In this document: positions 50,151-58,633 of the stretch, piece by piece
Position numbering within the stretch: position 1 is the stretch's first letter
Layout of the letters: every line of letters starts with the position of its first letter
Source: Candidatus Dojkabacteria bacterium
GTDB lineage: Bacteria; Patescibacteriota; Dojkabacteria; J137
NCBI GenBank assembly: GCA_040006935.1
Contig: JBDTVZ010000001.1
Location: 423,772 to 487,771 of the forward strand
Length of the DNA stretch: 64,000 bases
Direction of reading: 5' to 3'
Program-made: the position numbers and the translations under genes
Notes under the pieces: model-generated
What the model saw: the letters and a program-made list of their open reading frames with translations, nothing else
Told to the model about the DNA's origin: nothing
Database searches by the model: none

Positions 50151-51332
50151 TTATCTACCTACAATGCTTTTAAAGAAATTTCCTATATTATTTAACCATC
50201 CTAATTGAATTACGTCCTTCAAATTTACTAATATTGCTAAGCCTATTAGAAATAAGAATCCGAAAGTGTTGATTTTACTTAAAATTGAATCCGGGACCTT
50301 TCTTCTTGTTAAACTTTCTAATAAAACAACAAACGCTTGCCCTCCATCCAACGCTGGGAATGGAAGGATATTGAATATTGCTAGAGAAATACTTATCAAT
50401 GCTGCCAATGGAATTAGGAATGTAAATTCTCTCACCTCTACAACTTGCCCTACGTTGTTTGCAAGCGTTGGTAAACCACCTACACTTTGAGCAACCTCAG
50501 AATAATTTCCACTTTGAAATGCATTTCCAAATAGACTTCCTAAAGATTTAAATAAGAAAAAGCTAGTATCTGTAGTTAAAGAGGCTGCAGCTGTGATGTT
50601 GTTATTATAGTTCAAAAGGTAAACTGGGTAAGGTAATGTTCTATCAAAGTTTAGCCCTACATCTAAAATTGCACCTTTATCGTTTGCTTTCCCTACTCTA
50701 ATATCTCTTGTTGTAGTTTTATAAGTATCCATGTTTATGAATTCAAACTGCACTGTTTTTTCTTGAGAGTCTTTTAGAATTTGTTGAAAATTTGAATAAG
50801 AAACTACTCTAGTTCCATCAATTCCTATTATCACTTCTCCTTCGTTTAACTGCCCTGCGGAAGGTCCGTCCGGGTTAACACTTACAACTGTAATTGGGAA
50901 CGCTTTCACAGCTTCTTGAGTATTGCTAAAGTTATAATCTGTTACTGCTGGGAGAGAAAATCTATAGCCATTTCCTGGTAAAAATAAGGCAAATAGTAAT
51001 GTTGCAAATATTAAATTCATAGCAACACCCGCAACTAATATTAAAATTTTCTGATAAGCTGGTTTATTTCGAAAAGCATTTGGGCCTTCTTTTGACGACA
51101 CTTCGCCCTCTAGTTCTACAAATCCGCCTAGTGGAACTAATCTTATTGCATAAATAGTATTCTTCCATTTCTTCGACCAGATAGTCTTTCCAAAGCCAAT
51201 TGCGAATTCACGAACGTACACTCCGAAGAACTTTGCAGTTAGGAAGTGACCTAGTTCATGCACAAATACGAGTAATGAAATTATAAAGAAAAATGCTATT
51301 ATTGTTACTATCCAGTTCACTACATCAGTCAT
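50151..51332 (-). CDS. rseP: RseP/M50 site-2 metalloprotease with PDZ
   Basis: HELGH, FAIGFG, NILPFPALDGG. Confidence 0.92.
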   Translation of the reverse strand: MTDVVNWIVTIIAFFFIISLLVFVHELGHFLTAKFFGVYVREFAIGFGKTIWSKKWKNTIYAIRLVPLGGFVELEGEVSSKEGPNAFRNKPAYQKILILVAGVAMNLIFATLLFALFLPGNGYRFSLPAVTDYNFSNTQEAVKAFPITVVSVNPDGPSAGQLNEGEVIIGIDGTRVVSYSNFQQILKDSQEKTVQFEFINMDTYKTTTRDIRVGKANDKGAILDVGLNFDRTLPYPVYLLNYNNNITAAASLTTDTSFFLFKSLGSLFGNAFQSGNYSEVAQSVGGLPTLANNVGQVVEVREFTFLIPLAALISISLAIFNILPFPALDGGQAFVVLLESLTRRKVPDSILSKINTFGFLFLIGLAILVNLKDVIQLGWLNNIGNFFKSIVGR

Positions 51333-51362
51333 TTTAAGTTATATAAATGTTATTAAAATAGA

Positions 51363-51914
51363 TTACTTCGCATTTGGATTTATATCTTTACCTTTGGCTT
51401 CTGCTAAGGATTCTAGCTGTTCTACGTTCTTATCTAGTAACTCCTGAATTCTTTTTTCACTTACTCTCTGTTCATCCTCAGACACGCCTTCTAGTGCATC
51501 TAGCTTTTGTTTGTAGTTTTGCCTAATTCCTCTAGATCTAATTCTAAAGTCTTCAAGCATTTTATTTAACTGTTTTGCAGTCTCAGCTCTATCTTCTTGG
51601 GTTAAAGGCATGAAGTTAACGATTACCATCTCAGATTGCTCTGACACTGAGCCTCCAATATTAGCATTTCTTATGGCATTTCCTATTTGCGAAATATCCG
51701 TTTTATTAAAGGGCTTAATATTTGCTTGTATTGGTGTTGGGAACGAGATAGTGGCTGCATAAGACAGTGGACTCATAGTGCCATATTGATCAATTTGAAT
51801 AGTATCAAACACTTCCATCCCCGCCTTTCCAGTTCTAAGTTCTTTAAGCTTTTGTGTAAAACTCTCTATTACTTGATCCAACTCCTTTGTATAAGCGCTT
51901 TCATTGAAAAGCAT
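51363..51914 (-). CDS. frr: ribosome recycling factor
   Basis: LRTGKA, YG, MPLTQEDR, RGIRQ; near tsf. Confidence 0.9.
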   Translation of the reverse strand: MLFNESAYTKELDQVIESFTQKLKELRTGKAGMEVFDTIQIDQYGTMSPLSYAATISFPTPIQANIKPFNKTDISQIGNAIRNANIGGSVSEQSEMVIVNFMPLTQEDRAETAKQLNKMLEDFRIRSRGIRQNYKQKLDALEGVSEDEQRVSEKRIQELLDKNVEQLESLAEAKGKDINPNAK

Positions 51915-51975
51915 AATTTATGGTTAATAAATAATCTAGTAATGATAATATAATAAGCCAAGTAACTCAATTGGA

Positions 51976-52097
51976 AAATTCTAAACTCTAAGCACTAAGT
52001 TCTAAACAATTTCCAAACTCAAAATTCAAATATTTTAAATTTTGTTATTTGGAAATTAGAATTTGTTTAGAATTTAGAAATTAGGATTTAGGATTTT
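51976..52097. repeat. AT-rich ~7-nt-unit inverted repeat (family of 5338-5447)
   Basis: AAATTCTAAACTCTAAGCACTAAG...TTTAGAAATTAGGATTTAGGATTT. Confidence 0.75.
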
Positions 52098-52138
52098 GTT
52101 AACTTGTTCAAAGTGACAGAAAATCGTAGAATATATTT

Positions 52139-52357
52139 ATGAAAAAATTTATAAAAGAAAATTGGATTTTAATACTATCATTGATTTACATCATTTCTCC
52201 AATTGATTTTATTCCCGAAGCTCTACTGGGTCCAATTGGAATTATTGATGACCTCTTCTTAATCCTAGTTTTACTGGCTTTCCAAGCTTACAAAATCATT
52301 TCCGATACGTATTCAAAAAGAAAGTCTAAATACAAAGAAGTTATTGAGATGGAATAA
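52139..52357 (+). CDS. YkvA/DUF1232 family small membrane protein
   Basis: YIISPIDFIPE...GIIDD. Confidence 0.88.
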   Translation: MKKFIKENWILILSLIYIISPIDFIPEALLGPIGIIDDLFLILVLLAFQAYKIISDTYSKRKSKYKEVIEME

Positions 52358-52413
52358 AATTAACCTGGTTTCAAAACGGGATTGCTTCACTTCGCTCGCA
52401 ATGACACCGCAGC

Positions 52414-52448
52414 AAAAAAAAAAGAGCGGAGATTTCTCTCCGCTCTTC
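52414..52448 (-). terminator. intrinsic terminator after tsf
   Basis: AAGAGCGGAGA-GAAA-TCTCCGCTCTT then T-tract on the minus strand. Confidence 0.85.
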
Positions 52449-52465
52449 TAATATTTACCAAGAAA

Positions 52466-53104
52466 TTATTCTTCAATCACTTCTTCTTCCTCAGCATCTA
52501 AGTTAGCATCTAGATTACTCTCGCTTACTTGGAACTTATGAAATTGAGTAATTTGAACTTTTTCGCCAGTTTTAGCAATTAATTCATTTAAGTAATCTTC
52601 TACTGTTTTTGATTCATCAGTAAATAAAGATTGTTTTAAAAGAACATTTTCTTTATAGAATTTCTCTAATTTACCATTAACAATAGTTTCTCGAATTTTT
52701 TCTGGTTTCCCATCAAGTCCTTGCTCTGCAGCATTAAATTCTGCTGTCAAAATATCTTTATTTATAGATTTTACAGTAATGAATTTAGGGCTAGTTGCAG
52801 CAATGTGTAATGCAATATCGTTAGCAAATTTTGTAAAGTCTTCGCTTTTTGCAGCAAAGTCTGTCTCACATGCTACTTCTACAGTAACAACAACTTTTTT
52901 ATTTGGATGAATATATGTTCCAATAATTCCATTGCTTGCTACTTTTCCCTTTCTCTTCTCTGCTTTTGCCATTCCTTTTTCTCTTAAGTACTTTACAGCC
53001 TTATCCATATCTCCTTCAGATGATTCTAAAGCTTCTCTAACTGCATTTACTCCCACTCCAGTTCTTTCTCTTAATTCTTTTATTTGGTCTAATGTTATCT
53101 TCAT
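52466..53104 (-). CDS. tsf: elongation factor Ts (short form)
   Basis: IKELRERTG, CETDFAAK. Confidence 0.95.
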   Translation of the reverse strand: MKITLDQIKELRERTGVGVNAVREALESSEGDMDKAVKYLREKGMAKAEKRKGKVASNGIIGTYIHPNKKVVVTVEVACETDFAAKSEDFTKFANDIALHIAATSPKFITVKSINKDILTAEFNAAEQGLDGKPEKIRETIVNGKLEKFYKENVLLKQSLFTDESKTVEDYLNELIAKTGEKVQITQFHKFQVSESNLDANLDAEEEEVIEE

Positions 53105-53138
53105 GATTTTTAAGTAAAAAATAGTGTGATATTTGTGC

Positions 53139-54185
53139 CTATTTTGTCTTTTCTGTTGACTTTTTTGCTGTTTCTTTTTTTACAGCTTTCTTCGCTGGCT
53201 TAACCTCTTTTTTCTTTTCTTCTTTAACTTCAATCTTTTTAGCAACAGGTGCTTTTACTTTCTTAGGTGTTTTTTTCTCTTCTTCTTGTTCTTTAACTCT
53301 TTCTAAAATACCTTTGTTTGTTTTTGTAGAGGGTTTAGCTGTTGTGTGTTTAGATTGTGTCGAAACATGTTGCTCTACCATTACTGTTGGCTCTTCTTCT
53401 GAACCAGAGATAATCACTTTTTGCTCTTCTTCAACTTCGTTTGCTTTAGTAATTTTAACTTCAACTTTAGAGTAATCTTTAAGTTCATGCTTTACTCCAT
53501 TTCCTTTATTTCCAACTAAAATAGCATCCGCTAAAGTTTTTAAAATCAATGAGATTGATCTCATTGCATCGTCGTTTGCTGGAATTACATAATCAATTAA
53601 ATCTGGATCACAATTTGTATCTACAATCCCGATTACTGGAACTCCGATTTTTTTAGCTTCTTTTACAGCTGATTTTTCAAAGTTAGTATCTAAAATTACC
53701 ATTGCTACAGGTTTTGCTTCTAAAGTTTTCATACCAGCATAAAGTCTGTTTAACTTTTGCCATTCCTTCTTCATTAAAGCTACTTCGTATTTAGTTCTGT
53801 CTTTAACTCCTTCTTCAAATGATTTTTCTAATGACCTTAATTTATTTAAGCTCAATTTAATTTTTGAGAAGTTAGTAAAAAGTCCTCCTGCCCATCTTTT
53901 ATTGATGAAGTATGAACCTGATCTTACTGCTTCGTCTCTAACTAAATCTGATGCTTGTTTTTTTGTTCCAACGAATAATACTCCACCTTTAGCAGCGGAT
54001 TCTGTTAGAAACTTTGTAGCATCTTCCAAACCTTTAATGGTTTTGTCTGCATCGATGATATGAATGTGATTCTTTTCTCCGAAGATGTATTTGCCCATTT
54101 TTGGGTTCCATCTCTTTGTTTGGTGTCCAAATTGTACACCTGCTTGTAGCAAATCCTTTGCTGAAGGTATGTTAACGTCTGCCAT
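53139..54185 (-). CDS. rpsB: 30S ribosomal protein S2 with long charged C-terminal extension
   Basis: AGVQFGHQTKRWNPKM, VDTNCDP, IPANDD. Confidence 0.97.
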   Translation of the reverse strand: MADVNIPSAKDLLQAGVQFGHQTKRWNPKMGKYIFGEKNHIHIIDADKTIKGLEDATKFLTESAAKGGVLFVGTKKQASDLVRDEAVRSGSYFINKRWAGGLFTNFSKIKLSLNKLRSLEKSFEEGVKDRTKYEVALMKKEWQKLNRLYAGMKTLEAKPVAMVILDTNFEKSAVKEAKKIGVPVIGIVDTNCDPDLIDYVIPANDDAMRSISLILKTLADAILVGNKGNGVKHELKDYSKVEVKITKANEVEEEQKVIISGSEEEPTVMVEQHVSTQSKHTTAKPSTKTNKGILERVKEQEEEKKTPKKVKAPVAKKIEVKEEKKKEVKPAKKAVKKETAKKSTEKTK

Positions 54186-54283
54186 ATTCCTTTATAAATA
54201 ATAAATAATTTATTTCTGACCTAAGCCAGAAAATCTCTTCCGCAAGTGAGGTTTTTTAAACCAAGGAAAATACCTGCGTGTTG
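54186..54283 (-). promoter_or_regulatory. structured rpsB leader (possible S2 autoregulatory element)
   Basis: ACA-CGCAGGT...ACTTGCG-GAAG stem plus a TTTCTGGC/GTCAGAAA hairpin. Confidence 0.45.
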
Positions 54284-54335
54284 GTATGATTGGATTATAT
54301 CAGATGAGTCAATGGTCGAGCAATAGAATTAAAAT

Positions 54336-54619
54336 AATGAAGAAATGAAGTGAATCTCAGTATATTAAATCTGGGATTCGTAGGGAACAGGCATGCCTGT
54401 TCCTTTTATTCAAATAATCAAGGCGTGAGTTTGGCGTAATTTCAGCAACTAAACCAGGCCGTATTACGTCCTATTCCGTTAGGTGTCATTGCGAGGACGA
54501 TCCGCCTTTGGCGGAGAGGACGTGGCAATCTCACACGAATGAATATGATGTAAATAAATTCTTTTGAATGAGATTGCCACGTCGTCCTGATTCTCAGGAC
54601 TCCTCGCAATGACATCGCA
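54336..54619 (+). repeat. left arm of composite inverted repeat
   Basis: same module order as the reverse complement of 56103-56416; 34-bp perfect core 54426-54459 = rc of 56292-56325. Confidence 0.85.
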
Positions 54620-54685
54620 GTTGCGGACCGTGAGATTCACAAAACATTATGATATTATGAAAAGTTTATCCAAATTATTCTATTT

Positions 54686-55045
54686 ATGGAGGAGAACCTC
54701 AGACAAAATTCACTAGATTTAGCAAAGCTTCACAGCATTATTGACCACCAAATATCTGCACTGAGAGTAATTACACCCAATTATTCTATTGGCTATCCAG
54801 TAAATTTTGCAAAATATAGAGAGGTTTGGAATTACGACATTGGCAGAAGTATGTTTTTAGAAGATATAAGAAGAACGATAGAGATTCTTAGAGAAAATTA
54901 CACTGATATTTCGAGCGAAAAAGTTGATGAATTACTAAACCAAGCCTGCATTTTAGTTCAAAAGATATTTGACCAAGAATGCAAATCAGTTCTAGAAGAG
55001 TTAGTTACTACAATAACAAAATTGAAAAACGAAGGTGAAGGTTGA
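54686..55045 (+). CDS. hypothetical protein
   Basis: 119 aa ORF followed by hairpin + T4. Confidence 0.6.
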   Translation: MEENLRQNSLDLAKLHSIIDHQISALRVITPNYSIGYPVNFAKYREVWNYDIGRSMFLEDIRRTIEILRENYTDISSEKVDELLNQACILVQKIFDQECKSVLEELVTTITKLKNEGEG

Positions 55046-55061
55046 GATTTCTAAGGTACTT

Positions 55062-55089
55062 CCCCTCGCCTTTGAGGACGAGGGGTTTT
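55062..55089. terminator. GC-rich hairpin shared by convergent ORFs
   Basis: CCCCTCG-N10-CGAGGGG followed by TTTT on +. Confidence 0.65.
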
Positions 55090-55093
55090 GACA

Positions 55094-55168
55094 CTATTTC
55101 TTTATGGTAGGAGCGCTTGAAGTCTTCAATACACTACCACCCGGCATCACTATAGGCTGAGTCGCCAT
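55094..55168 (-). CDS. 24-aa peptide MATQPIVMPGGSVLKTSSAPTIKK
   Basis: AAGGAG 8 nt upstream; own promoter; hairpin after the stop. Confidence 0.6.
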   Translation of the reverse strand: MATQPIVMPGGSVLKTSSAPTIKK

Positions 55169-55221
55169 ATAGTTTTCTCCTTAAATAAAATCGGTCAAAT
55201 GGTGATTTATTCACCAATATA

Positions 55222-55250
55222 ATTATACCATAAAATCTGGCGATTATCTA
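55222..55250 (-). promoter_or_regulatory. promoter of the 24-aa ORF
   Basis: TAGATA-17 nt-TATAAT with TG extension. Confidence 0.6.
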
Positions 55251-55296
55251 TATCTGATAGTAGAAATGCGAATATTTAATCGAAGAAATTAGGCGT

Positions 55297-55322
55297 AAAA
55301 AAAGAACACTTTCGTGCTCTTT
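55297..55322 (-). terminator. intrinsic terminator after the 48-aa ORF
   Basis: AAAGAGCAC-GAAA-GTGTTCTTT then T-tract. Confidence 0.75.
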
Positions 55323-55399
55323 GGGTTAAGATTTGATTCTATAAATGCTAAACGCCAAGGGGTTGCCTTGGCGTTTTTTCGGCTTTCGCCGAGAGACAG

Positions 55400-55546
55400 T
55401 TACTTGGTATGCTTTTTTGGAAGAGCCACGCTGGGTTGGACCGCAACCTTTGTGATCTTTTCCACAACCTGCCCTACAAGATAATCATGAACGATTTTCT
55501 TCTCCTTCGGTGACAATGCAATCATTGTAGAACGGTGACCACCCAT
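55400..55546 (-). CDS. 48-aa basic peptide MGGHRSTMIALSPKEKKIVHDYLVGQVVEKITKVAVQPSVALPKKHTK
   Basis: AAGGAG 6 nt upstream; ungapped similarity to the 44-aa neighbour. Confidence 0.75.
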   Translation of the reverse strand: MGGHRSTMIALSPKEKKIVHDYLVGQVVEKITKVAVQPSVALPKKHTK

Positions 55547-55697
55547 GGAAATCTCCTTTAATTAACTGTCGTTAAAATTTTCGTGCCCTCAACAGTGTGA
55601 TTTTGATTGTGGGAACGAACTTATTAAGTACAAATTTTTCATCTTATACTCACTAAGTCCGTCCTCACGACGGGTTACGCCGTGAGGTTTGTGACAG

Positions 55698-55832
55698 TTA
55701 CTTACGCTTCTTTGGCATAGCTATACTAGGACGAATCCTAGCAATTGTGATGGAAACTACCTTAGGCTTACGAACATAGGGGTGTAAAAACCCTCTAGTC
55801 CAAGCATCTGAAGTTCCATGTCTCCCAGCCAT
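55698..55832 (-). CDS. 44-aa basic peptide MAGRHGTSDAWTRGFLHPYVRKPKVVSITIARIRPSIAMPKKRK
   Basis: AAGGAG 6 nt upstream; near-consensus promoter; paralogue of the 48-aa ORF. Confidence 0.75.
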   Translation of the reverse strand: MAGRHGTSDAWTRGFLHPYVRKPKVVSITIARIRPSIAMPKKRK

Positions 55833-55915
55833 AATTCACTCCTTCTTAACTGTCGATTTTAAGCTTCTGTAAATTGTTAGATCGTCCTAAGACTCACATA
55901 ACAATTTACATATAT

Positions 55916-55944
55916 AATATATACCTAAAATGGGAATTTGTCAA
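55916..55944 (-). promoter_or_regulatory. sigma70 promoter of the small-peptide unit
   Basis: TTGACA-17 nt-TATATT. Confidence 0.7.
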
Positions 55945-56102
55945 GTCTTACAAACCTTCAATACAGTTACAGGTGTGTATATTTTACAATGTCGCCGAAA
56001 AATATCGTCAGAATACCTAAAGTTAATAGGCTGTAGCACGGCCTGGTTTATCCCCTGTTGGAGCAGGTTTGCAACCTGCTCCTTGTCTTTCGTCCCAACC
56101 AA

Positions 56103-56416
56103 TGCGATGTCATTGCGAGGAAGTCTGTCCTGAGCTTGTTGAAGGATGGCAATCTCATCACCCCGTTTCCCAACGGGATTGCTTCGTCCTCACTTCGTTC
56201 GTCCTCGCAATGACAACTAACGGAATAGGCTGTGGCACCAGTAGGCGCTAATCTACATCTCCTCACTGCGTTCGTCGTGTATCTTTGGGCAGCCTGGTTT
56301 AGTTGCTGAAATTACGCCAAACTCAGGCTTTTGTTTAGAATAAAGGAAAAGATATATCTTTTCCCTACGAATCCCAGGTTAATCTGAGATTCAATTCATT
56401 CCTTCATTTTTTCATT
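56103..56416 (-). repeat. right arm of composite inverted repeat
   Basis: inverted counterpart of 54336-54619 with a ~50-bp insertion inside its AGGC palindrome. Confidence 0.85.
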
Positions 56417-56419
56417 CTT

Positions 56420-58630
56420 TCATTCCTCTGCAGTCGGAGCTTTTTTCTTCTTAATTCTAATAATATCCTTCTCTTTCGGATAATCTGGGTGAGCCCAGAA
56501 GAAACCGAATTTACCTTTTTTAATTAGGTAATCTCTTTTATCTTTAGTTTGTGGGATTTCTCCGTACATTTCGATAAGAAGATCTCTTTTTGGAGTTAGT
56601 GGTTTTGCATCTTTAACCTTTGGATAGTCTGGGTGTGCCCAGAAGCTTCCAAAACGACCTGTTTTTAATACGTATTCTCTTTTATCTTCTGTCATTGGAA
56701 CAGGCTCGTATCGGGTTAAGTCAATTGGTTTTGCTGCTTCGTTTGATTCTCCTTCTAAGCTTTTCATTCCCTTACATTTTGGATAATCAGTACAGCTTAG
56801 GAATCTTCCGTATCTTCCTAATTTTATTATCATTGGTTTTCCGCATTCAGGACATTTTTCATCGCTTTTTCCTAATTCTGTAAACTCTTTTCGAGGGATA
56901 TTCTTATCTTGTCTTGCTACTTCTTTTTCAAATGGGAAGTAGAAATCTCCTAACATTTTTACCCAATCTAGCTTTCCTTCTGCGACTTTGTCTAAGTTAT
57001 CTTCCATTCCAGCTGTAAATCCATAATTTACAATTTGCTCAAAATACTTAACTAACAAGCTATTTACTACTCTACCTGTATCTGTTGGCCTTAAGTACTT
57101 ATTTTCTGCAAGGGCATATTTTCTAACTAATAGTGTAGATATTATGCTCGCATAGGTAGATGGCCTTCCAATCCCTAGCTCCTCAAGCTTTTTGATTAAT
57201 GTTGCTTCGCTATATCTAGCAGGTGGTTGAGTGAAGTGTTGGATTCCATCAAACTCTTTTTGTCCTAACTTATCTCCGATTTGCATTTCTGGCAATATGG
57301 TTTCGTTAAGCTTTTCTTTCATCACTTTTAAGTAACCATCGAAGATTACTGTTTTACCGTTTGCTTTGAATAAGTACTTATCAATTTCTACGTATAATGA
57401 CAAATTAAGGAATTCTGCTGGTTTCATTAAAGATGACAGCGCTTTCGCCCAGATTAAGTTATATACTGCCGCCTGCTCACCTTCTAGCCCCAAATCTGCA
57501 GCCTTTTTAAAGAAGCTAGTTGGCCTAATACATTCGTGAGCCTCTTGAGCAGATTTATTTGATGAAGCATATACATTTAATTTTTCTGGAAGGTAATTCT
57601 TTCCAATATTTTTCTCGATATATTTAATAGCCTCATTAATAGCAGGCTGAGACATATTTACAGAATCTGTTCTCATGTAAGTTATAAATCCAGCTTCGTA
57701 AAGTTTTTGTGCAATAGACATTGCTCTTTTTGCAGAGTACCCCAATACATTCACGGCTGCTTGTTGGAAAGTACTCGTAATAAACGGTGGCCTTGGATTA
57801 CGTTTACTTTGAGATTTTTCTATATTTGAGATTACCCACTTTTCATCTTTTACATCTTCAACAACTTTAGTTGCTTCTTTTTGAGTCTTTAATTCTGGAG
57901 CTTTTTTAGAAATTTTGAAAAGTTCAAATTTTATTAAATTTTCTGGAACTTGAATTTTTTCTTCTTCCTCGTCTTTATTAGTAAGTTTATAGTTGATTTT
58001 ATAGTTTGGCTTTGTATCTTTATGGTCCGCGTAGGCCTCAACACTCCAGTACTCATCCGATTTGAATGCTTCCCTTTCTAACTCTTTTTCTACCACTAAT
58101 CTTAAAGCTGCAGATTGAACTCTACCTGCAGATAGTCCGAATGTAATTTTCTTCCAAAGAAGTGGAGATAGTTTATAACCTACTAATCTATCTAGAAACC
58201 TTCTAGCTTGTTGAGCATTAACTAAATCCATATTAATATCTCGAGGATGTGCAATTGCTTCTTGAATTGCCTCTTTTGTAATTTCGTGGAATACAATTCT
58301 TTCAACTGGTCTTTTTCCTTTATGTTTTCCGTTTTCATCAATTACACCAAGCTCTTTTGCAATGTGCCAACCAATAGCTTCTCCTTCTCTATCCAAGTCG
58401 GAAGCAATTATTAATTTATCTGCACCTTTAAAAGCTTTCTTAATATCTGCTAATGCTTCTTTTTTTGTTATTACATAAGTAGGTTTAAAATCATGCTCTA
58501 CGTCTATACCTGTTTCAGACTTTGGAAGGTCTACCACATGGCCTTTAGATGCAATTACATGATACTCACTACCCAAGTATTTCTTGATTGTCTTCGATTT
58601 TGATGGTGACTCTACTACAACTAAGTTCAT
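56420..58630 (-). CDS. topA: DNA topoisomerase I
   Basis: VVESPSK, DLDREGE, SAGRVQS, ITYMRTD, GIGRPSTY. Confidence 0.97.
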   Translation of the reverse strand: MNLVVVESPSKSKTIKKYLGSEYHVIASKGHVVDLPKSETGIDVEHDFKPTYVITKKEALADIKKAFKGADKLIIASDLDREGEAIGWHIAKELGVIDENGKHKGKRPVERIVFHEITKEAIQEAIAHPRDINMDLVNAQQARRFLDRLVGYKLSPLLWKKITFGLSAGRVQSAALRLVVEKELEREAFKSDEYWSVEAYADHKDTKPNYKINYKLTNKDEEEEKIQVPENLIKFELFKISKKAPELKTQKEATKVVEDVKDEKWVISNIEKSQSKRNPRPPFITSTFQQAAVNVLGYSAKRAMSIAQKLYEAGFITYMRTDSVNMSQPAINEAIKYIEKNIGKNYLPEKLNVYASSNKSAQEAHECIRPTSFFKKAADLGLEGEQAAVYNLIWAKALSSLMKPAEFLNLSLYVEIDKYLFKANGKTVIFDGYLKVMKEKLNETILPEMQIGDKLGQKEFDGIQHFTQPPARYSEATLIKKLEELGIGRPSTYASIISTLLVRKYALAENKYLRPTDTGRVVNSLLVKYFEQIVNYGFTAGMEDNLDKVAEGKLDWVKMLGDFYFPFEKEVARQDKNIPRKEFTELGKSDEKCPECGKPMIIKLGRYGRFLSCTDYPKCKGMKSLEGESNEAAKPIDLTRYEPVPMTEDKREYVLKTGRFGSFWAHPDYPKVKDAKPLTPKRDLLIEMYGEIPQTKDKRDYLIKKGKFGFFWAHPDYPKEKDIIRIKKKKAPTAEE

Positions 58631-58633
58631 ATT

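Noticed and set aside
55563-55700. Integron attC-like reading of TAAC...GTTA between the micro-ORFs
   Set aside because: The ends do not fit RYYYAAC/GTTRRRY well, no L boxes are evident, no integrase is in the window, and the complementary pair also encloses each ORF singly
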